This document shows positions 56,836 to 64,000 of a stretch of DNA of 64,000 nucleotides, piece by piece (position 1 is the stretch's first letter; each line of letters begins with the position of its first letter). The DNA comes from Octopus vulgaris (lineage: Eukaryota). The notes under the pieces are model-generated. The model made no database searches. It had not been told where the DNA came from and was given only the letters and a program-made list of their open reading frames with translations. The stretch spans positions 65,410,001 to 65,474,000 of the forward strand of contig OX597819.1 of the NCBI GenBank assembly GCA_951406725.2, in the 5' to 3' direction. The position numbers and the translations under genes are program-made.

Positions 56836-57405
56836 CAGGGTGTTCAGAAAGTCTCTCCGCATTGAATTTTTTGACGACGCCCATGAACACCGAGAGATAT
56901 TTTTCAATCCATTTCTATCCATTTCTCGGCCACCTCACTGAAAGGGAAATTAATAATGTATACTTTCAAGAACGTGGAGCTACAGCACATACTTCGTGCA
57001 TCACCATGGCGGGTACTTCAAGAGTTTTTCGATGAACGGATTATTTCGAAGGGACTTTGGCCACCGAGATCACCTGACTTAACACCACCAGTCTTTTTTT
57101 TCATTCCGGGGAGCAAATAAAGGCTCAGTTTACAAGAATCACCCGACAACCATTAATGAGCTAAAAGGCGCAACCATAACCTTCACACGGTCCATACCGC
57201 ATTAGACTATCCAAGATATATTTCAAGACATGTGCTGAAGAGTCAACTTATGAATTGAAAAAGAAGGACGACACTTTCAACTCTTCTTATAAAGTTTTTT
57301 AGAGTCTTGTAAAGTCTAATATATTCTGTGGTAGTCTTATACCATCTTATAAATATTTATTTTGCAATAAAATACTTAGTGCGGAGAGACATTTTGAACA
57401 CTCTC
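56836..57405 (+). mobile_element. Internally deleted IS630-Tc1-mariner (maT/Tc1-like) element inserted in a SINE
   Basis: TIRs cagggtgttcagaaagtctctccgca / tgcggagagacattttgaacactctc with TA flanks. Residual FQERGATAHT and WPPRSPDLTP. The host SINE halves are at 56592-56835 and 57406-57465. Confidence 0.85.
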
Positions 57406-58489
57406 TATATACAAAGGGCTTCTTTCAGTTTTCGTCTACCAAATCCACTCGCAAAACTTTGGTCGGATTAGTGTATAATCTGAAATTTTTAACTTAGCCG
57501 TCGATGGGATATGTAATTTAATATAAAGGAATAAGTACTAACATATATATTGTTATAACTTCGTGGACAGAAAATATAAAATGAGATTGAATTCTAGTAC
57601 AAATTCAGTTTTATTTTTTGTCCACAGAATGTTACACATCGTATTTCTCTTTAGACTTAATATGGCTTTGCACATTTGCTTTTGATTACAGAATACAGGG
57701 ATAGCTAAAATTTGTGCAACTTATGAATAGAGATCAGATATCTTACTGTGTATTTCAGTATTAATAAACATCAATTGCAGGCATATTGGACGATCTAATG
57801 AGAGAGCATCTTTCAGGTCACACAAACCAATGAAAGAGACAATATGTCTTTGTATTAACATCTCAAAATAAAAATAATAACAATAATAACAGGTCGTCGA
57901 AACATTTCAACTTCACGGTAGATTAATTTTTAATATCCGCGGAGGAGATCATTTTGCAAATTAAAGGAAGCGCTCATTTAATACGGTACTTGCCTTTAAT
58001 TTTTGTTGCTTAAATTAAAATCATTAAAATGGAAAAGACTTTCTAATCACAGCTTGTGTTCTTTAATTCACAAAATGACCTTCCCATTAATTTTTTGAAG
58101 CAAAATTATAATTATTCTTTCGAACTTGGTACAAGGCCAACATTTTTGAGGTGGGAGGAAATCGATTGGTTCGACCCCAGTTCATAACTGGTACATTTTT
58201 TTCGACTACAAAATTATGAAAAGCAGGGATGTCCTAGGAGAATGTTAGATCGGAATATAAACAGCCGGAGAATTTGAGCCCAGAATAGCTAGCATGGAAG
58301 ATAGATAGATAAATAGATAGATAGATAGATTGATAGGTAGGTAGGTAGGTAGGTAGGTAGGTAGGTAGGTAGGTAGGAATGTAGGCAAGTAGATACAATC
58401 ATGCAAACATACATACCTAGGTAAATATACAAAAACATATAGATGCCTAATTACTCACAGACACACACCCATATATATGTATATATGTA

Positions 58490-58571
<82 letters not shown>

Positions 58572-59971
58572 ACAATTAATAAAAGGAATGACCACAAAAG
58601 TGGATTCCTAATATCCTAATGATAGACATCAAATCGCTTTACCATCAAGAGTGTGTTCTTAAGAAAAATCTCAGCAAAAACGCCAGAATGCAAAAATGAG
58701 CAAGAGAAAGGAAAATATACAAAATAAAACGATTACCTACGTATCATGATATCATTGTTAACTCTTGCATAAAGCAAAATGCAAATATCTGCAACTCTTC
58801 AGCCTTGTCTGTCTCTTTACAAAAATTTTCACAGAACTATACACAGAAACGTACACACAGAGAAAAAACGTATACATTTCTGCAAATTATATTTGGAGGT
58901 AACTTTCAAATGTCTTCATTTTGGCGCGCTAAGGCTGGGTTCATTTCTAGTATTCTCATTTGTGAGCGCAGTTGAGTTACTTTCAGATATTTTCATTTTA
59001 AAAATCATCTCAGGCTAATGTTGAGGGGACGTTGGTGTTGCCTTGGCAGAGGTTTGCGCTCTCTGAGTGATCTTGTTATTAATATCACTATTACTACTAT
59101 TATACTATTATAATGTTACTATTACTGAAAGAATCGTTAGCACGCCGGGCGAAATGTTTAGCGGTATTTCACCCGTCGCTACGTTATGAGTTCAAATTCT
59201 GCCTAGGTCTTTGTTTTCTATTCTTTTGGGGTCGATAATACAATCAACCAGTTGAACACTGGGGGGTTATGTAATCGACTAGTCCCCTCCCTAAAATGGC
59301 TGGTCGTTTTGAGAAAATTTTAAACCAATATTATTTTTACTATTATTAATTGAGAGAGCGGCAGACGACATCAAACTGACGCTAGGTGACAAATACCCGA
59401 AGCGCAATATACCCATCTGATAAGGGTACGTCAGGTACATGCATAACAACAATTTGTGTGCGAGATGGTGATTTCGTATCAAGATAAACAACGCATGCCC
59501 TTGCAGGTGAGGCCTAGTTATGATTTGCCTATGGTCAAGTAGCCCATCCCGCTCAATAGGACCCTAAATTAGGTTTGTTTAAAGATGATAAACAAAGCAC
59601 CATGTTTCCAGATATGAGTTATTCACACCCCAATGAATCCCTCCCTCTCAACACATGGCTATGATGATCCCTCACTACTTCTGCTCGTATTCAGAGATGC
59701 GCTTATCGTCATTCACTAAATCCATAGTTAGCTGGTTACGGTCAAACAACTGGCAAGTTAATATTTTATATTGAGCAGAATATTTGCTCTACCCCCACCG
59801 TTTACACCCCAAAAATAAATGTAAACACAACCAAAAACCTAAGATCAAAAGTCATCGAAGTCACTACCTGTTACTTCATCAGGTCATTTATCATTATCGT
59901 CACCATCATTATCATCTTCAACGCCATGATCATCACTAATAGGATCATGTCTGCAGGAAATGTGATGATGG

Positions 59972-60002
<31 letters not shown>

Positions 60003-60009
60003 AATGATG

Positions 60010-60044
<35 letters not shown>

Positions 60045-60134
60045 AATTGTGATGATGGTGATTACGATGATGCAGATGACGATCAAATGTCTGCCGTCGT
60101 GTCTGTTGTCGTTTGGACCAATTATTCAGTCATG

Positions 60135-61331
60135 AACGAAAACGTTGCCCTGGAAATGTGTTCTAAACATGACCTTCACGCCAGATAGATAGACAGACAG
60201 GTAGATAGATATTAGTGATATGAGGGCGGGTGTTGTCGTACAGCAGAACTCCATGCTGATGATGAGGTCTTTTCTCTTGAATAACAGTCTTGAGCCGTTC
60301 CATGTTTTGAACATAGAGTTCCGCGTTGACCGTTTGGTTCCGTTCAACTAATTCCCTTCCCAGTCCCACCATACTCACAAAATCGTTTTACGCGGAAGAA
60401 GGTCTTGTTTCACGAGCGGTGTCGTTTGTTTCCTTACGCTGTTTCATATTGATGTACACGCACCATTTTTCGTACCAAGTAACGATTCGGTAATGAAATC
60501 GTTGCTTGTGAAGATTGTGACTCGTTGAATTTTGTTGTTGTCACTTAAAGCATGCCAAATCCATGCTCCATACTTCTGCACCTTTCCCATCGAGTGAAGA
60601 TGCTTCTCTATAGCAGTATGATAGCATTCCTTTTTCTCTGTCAGTTTTCTTGTCCTTTGACGAGAATTTTCGTGCAAAAGTTGGTTTAATCGCTTTTCAT
60701 CGAACTCAACTGGACGGCCAGAACGAGGTGCGTTTTGAGGTCAAAATTTCCATTTTTGAACTTGGTATACCAATCACGAGCGGTTCTATCAGCTATTGCA
60801 CCCTCACCATACACAGCACAAATGTCGCGAGCAGCTTTTGCGGCCTTAGAAGCTTGATTAAAAGCAAAAAGAAGGAGGTGTCGAAAATGCTCGTTTTTCT
60901 TAACTTGAAATTCCATTTTAATTATCTGAAAGTAAACAAAATTTAACTAATATTAAGTAGAAAAGAAAAAAGCAAAATAGATTCCAATTAGACTCAAAAA
61001 TAGACTTCTCGAAAAAAATAGATTCCAAAGTTTAAAAACACAATAAATTCCAAAATCACGAGCGGTTCTTTTAGCTATGGCATCCTCTCCATACACAGCA
61101 CAGGCCTTAGAAGCTTGATTAAAAGCAAAAAGGTGTCGAAAATGCTCGTTTTCTTAACTTGACATTTTATTTTAATGATATGAAAGTAAACAAAAAGTAA
61201 ATAAAATTAACTAAAAAAAAAATAGATTCCAAAATGATTCAAAAATAGAATTCTCGAAAAAATAGATTCCAAAATTTAAAAACGCAATAAATTCCAAAAT
61301 TTAAAAATACGGTGAGAAATTAGTTGCCAAC

Positions 61332-61335
<4 letters not shown>
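60135..61335 (-). mobile_element. Mariner transposon relic (mellifera-like TIR) with frameshifted transposase
   Basis: TIR ttgggttggcaactaa next to TA at 61335; EHFRHLLLFAFN..AARDICAVYGEGAI...WYTKFKNGNFDL; GAWIWHAL (WVPHEL-like). Confidence 0.9.
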
Positions 61336-61380
<45 letters not shown>

Positions 61381-61386
<6 letters not shown>

Positions 61387-61677
61387 ATCACGTCAACGAC
61401 CAGGCTATCAGATGTTGCTACACATCGCTGGTCACAATGCGCTTCGCATTGTTTTGGCCTTCAAATGACGCCACCCCGCTGGCTAAGCGAGCGGGCCAAC
61501 TGAAGAAAGAGTGAGTGAAAGTTGCGGCGAAAGAGTACAGCAGGAATCGCCACCATCCCCTGCCGGAGCCTCGTGGAGCTTTAGGTGTTTTAGCTCAATA
61601 AACACTCACAACGCCCGGTCTGGGAATCGAAACCGCGATCCTACAACCTCGAGTCCGCTGCCCTAATCACTTGGCCA

Positions 61678-61678
<1 letters not shown>
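61381..61678 (-). mobile_element. tRNA-derived SINE (third family) in (TA)n
   Basis: tggccaagtgattagggcagcggactcg...ggtttcgattcc A and B boxes. Confidence 0.75.
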
Positions 61679-61740
<62 letters not shown>

Positions 61741-61901
61741 TGAAATGGATAAATGAATTATCTTGTTAAGGATTATTCAAAATTTAACCGATACCTGGGT
61801 AGCAAAAATTACAACAGAAAAAACACGGTTGAAGTTACGACCTTGGGGTGTCGCAACCGTGCCTTAGCGCGGATAATTGAAGTTTGATATATTTAGTGAA
61901 G

Positions 61902-61969
61902 GGAAGAAATGGAGCTGAACGAAGATGCTACAGAATTCTGTAGCATCTTCGTTCAGCTCCATTTCTTCC
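61902..61969. repeat. Perfect 68-bp palindrome centred on GAATTC
   Basis: ggaagaaatggagctgaacgaagatgctacagaa|ttctgtagcatcttcgttcagctccatttcttcc. Confidence 0.97.
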
Positions 61970-61971
61970 TT

Positions 61972-62059
<88 letters not shown>

Positions 62060-62094
62060 TATATACATATATACATATATATATACACACACAC

Positions 62095-62134
<40 letters not shown>

Positions 62135-62859
62135 TCGACCTCAGCTCTATTTGACTTTAGAATGTAGCGACGGGCGAAATTCCGCTATTTATAGAGGAAG
62201 AAAGGGCGACACAGAGTAGGCAGACAGACTGATTCAGATACAGAGCCTGACAGGTTGGTAGATAGATAGATAAAACCGCATAAACGATATACAATGAATA
62301 ATACATGCAGTCATAGGAACGAAAACAAGTGATTGGAAAACAGTAAAAATGCTACACATAAGAATCAACAGCGAAATTTGTGTTATGAAGTATATGGAAA
62401 TCAAGAAAAAGTAGAAAATGCATTTTAGATGATGCACAGTATTCTCAACGTTATAAATTGTAGCCATATTTCTAACAGTTCTTTCTCGCTTCCCTCCAAA
62501 AAAAAGTAAAATGGAGGAAACACACTTTTGACAATATAATGCAGATATGTACAAGGATTGAATGATCGTAGCTACAACGCCTTTCACCATAGACATGCTT
62601 AATTTGTTCTGATTCAGTGATTAAGCAACCAATGAAACTAATAAAACAAATATTTAAATATTCTGTGCCTAAACACTACTAAATATCTGCAGATGATTTC
62701 GACTCAGTATGTGCCAACCAGGTCACTGTTATGTAGCTTAATTACTCCAACATTTCACTTCTGGAATAAGGGGAAGCAAAATATAATAGCAGAAGCAGGA
62801 AGCGAACTCCTACAATACACTTTGCTACCTCTAATTGTCTAATTATTTTACTTCTCAAT

Positions 62860-63412
62860 CCCCGAGGATTGGCAAAAAGCCCCAACCTATCAAAATCCGT
62901 CGTTCATGAGCACCTGGTAAAGCTTGGGTACACAAATCGCTACGATGTTTGGGCACCACATGCGTTGAGTGCGAAGAGCCGTTTGGATCGCATTTCCATC
63001 TGTGATTCGCTTTATACACGGAATGAAAACGCGCATTTTTTAAGGCAAATTGTAACAGGTGATGAGAAATGGATTATCTACCGAAATGTTCAGAGAAAGC
63101 GATCCTGGAGTAAGCGACATGAGCCACACTTAGCCACCCCAAAAGCGAGTCTTCGCCCTAATGAACTCTTGCTTTGTATCTGGTGGGATTGGAAAGGAAT
63201 TCTGTACTATGAGCTTCTCCCAAGTAACCAGACAATTAATTCTGAGAAATACTGCACACAACTGTACGAGTTAAAAGCAGCAATTCAAGAGAACCGTCCA
63301 GAATTGGCCAACAGGAAAGGTGTTTTTTTCAACATGATGATGCAAGACGGCATGTTTCTTTGGGAACCAGACAAAAATTGCTGCAGCTCGACTGGGATAT
63401 GTTACTCCAACC
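62860..63412 (+). pseudogene. Mariner transposase fragment (HTH2 through the first two catalytic Asp), frameshift near 63325
   Basis: WAPHAL, IVTGDEKWIIY, LCIWWDWKGILYYELL, then HDDARRH..TRQKLLQLDW in the shifted frame. Confidence 0.92.
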
Positions 63413-63416
63413 CAAT

Positions 63417-63486
<70 letters not shown>

Positions 63487-63488
<2 letters not shown>

Positions 63489-63643
63489 GACAGGCTTCTT
63501 CAGTTTTGTTCTACCAAATCCACTCGCAAGGCCTTGGTCGGCCTGGGGCTACAGTAGAAGACACTTGCCGAAATCACCACGCAATGGGATTGAACGTGGA
63601 ACCATAAGGTTGGGAAGTAAGCTTCTTACCACACAGCCACGCC
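63487..63643 (-). mobile_element. 5' part of a SINE family 1 copy
   Basis: Reverse complement of the tRNA-like head. Confidence 0.8.
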
Positions 63644-64000
63644 TATTTATATTATTTAGCATTTATTGTTTTTTCGTCGGTATTACTTCAAGAAGCTACT
63701 TAACAATGATGACACGGCTAATCAGCAAAATGTACAATATCACAGCCCATTGAATATTCGCATAATTTGGGTACGTGTGTCTCGATTGCAAGCTACGAAA
63801 TTTCGTAATTTAAATTTATTATATATATAATGTGGACTTTAATCGCTTCTAAAAGGGTGTAAATTTACGAAAAGCTTTATTTATATTTTGCACTTTTGTT
63901 AATCAATTTAACATCAGTTCACTTAATGACTATATTCATTTAATCTCTAACACGAAAGATAAATTAATCTATATCATGTATTAATTCAATTTATTTATCT

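Noticed and set aside
62869-63753. 294-aa mariner fusion protein
   Set aside because: After the frameshift near 63325 the frame merely reads through microsatellite and an antisense SINE.

Overview
AT-rich, microsatellite-dense eukaryotic DNA, probably intronic or intergenic. I infer an octopus/coleoid cephalopod from the SINE families and repeat landscape; this is not a database result. I recognise no host protein-coding exon, and nearly all ORFs in the track are translations of (TA)n, (CA)n, (GAT)n, (GAA)n, (GATA)n or (AAT)n arrays. The real coding remnants are all transposon-derived: a 5'-truncated R4/Dong RLE-LINE at an (AAT)n array, a 5'-truncated Neptune-type Penelope-like element (PLE) with an open GIY-YIG frame, a Helitron Pif1 helicase tail, two mariner fragments, a Tc1/maT-like deletion derivative and older LINE relics. 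Many tRNA-derived SINEs are also present. The main unexplained signal is a set of mutually unrelated, non-coding 360-570 bp units, each carrying a type I hammerhead ribozyme (HHR) with a palindromic stem III. They sit in (TA)n/(GATA)n microsatellites as inverted-plus-tandem arrays with a ~33-45 nt terminal redundancy (6951-8030, 20082-21060, 23866-24971). There is also a tRNA-promoter-plus-HHR element with a 13-bp flanking repeat (41252-41796) and several decayed HHR relics. These look like PLE-mobilised, retrozyme-like RNAs. Ribozyme activity and circularisation are predictions only.
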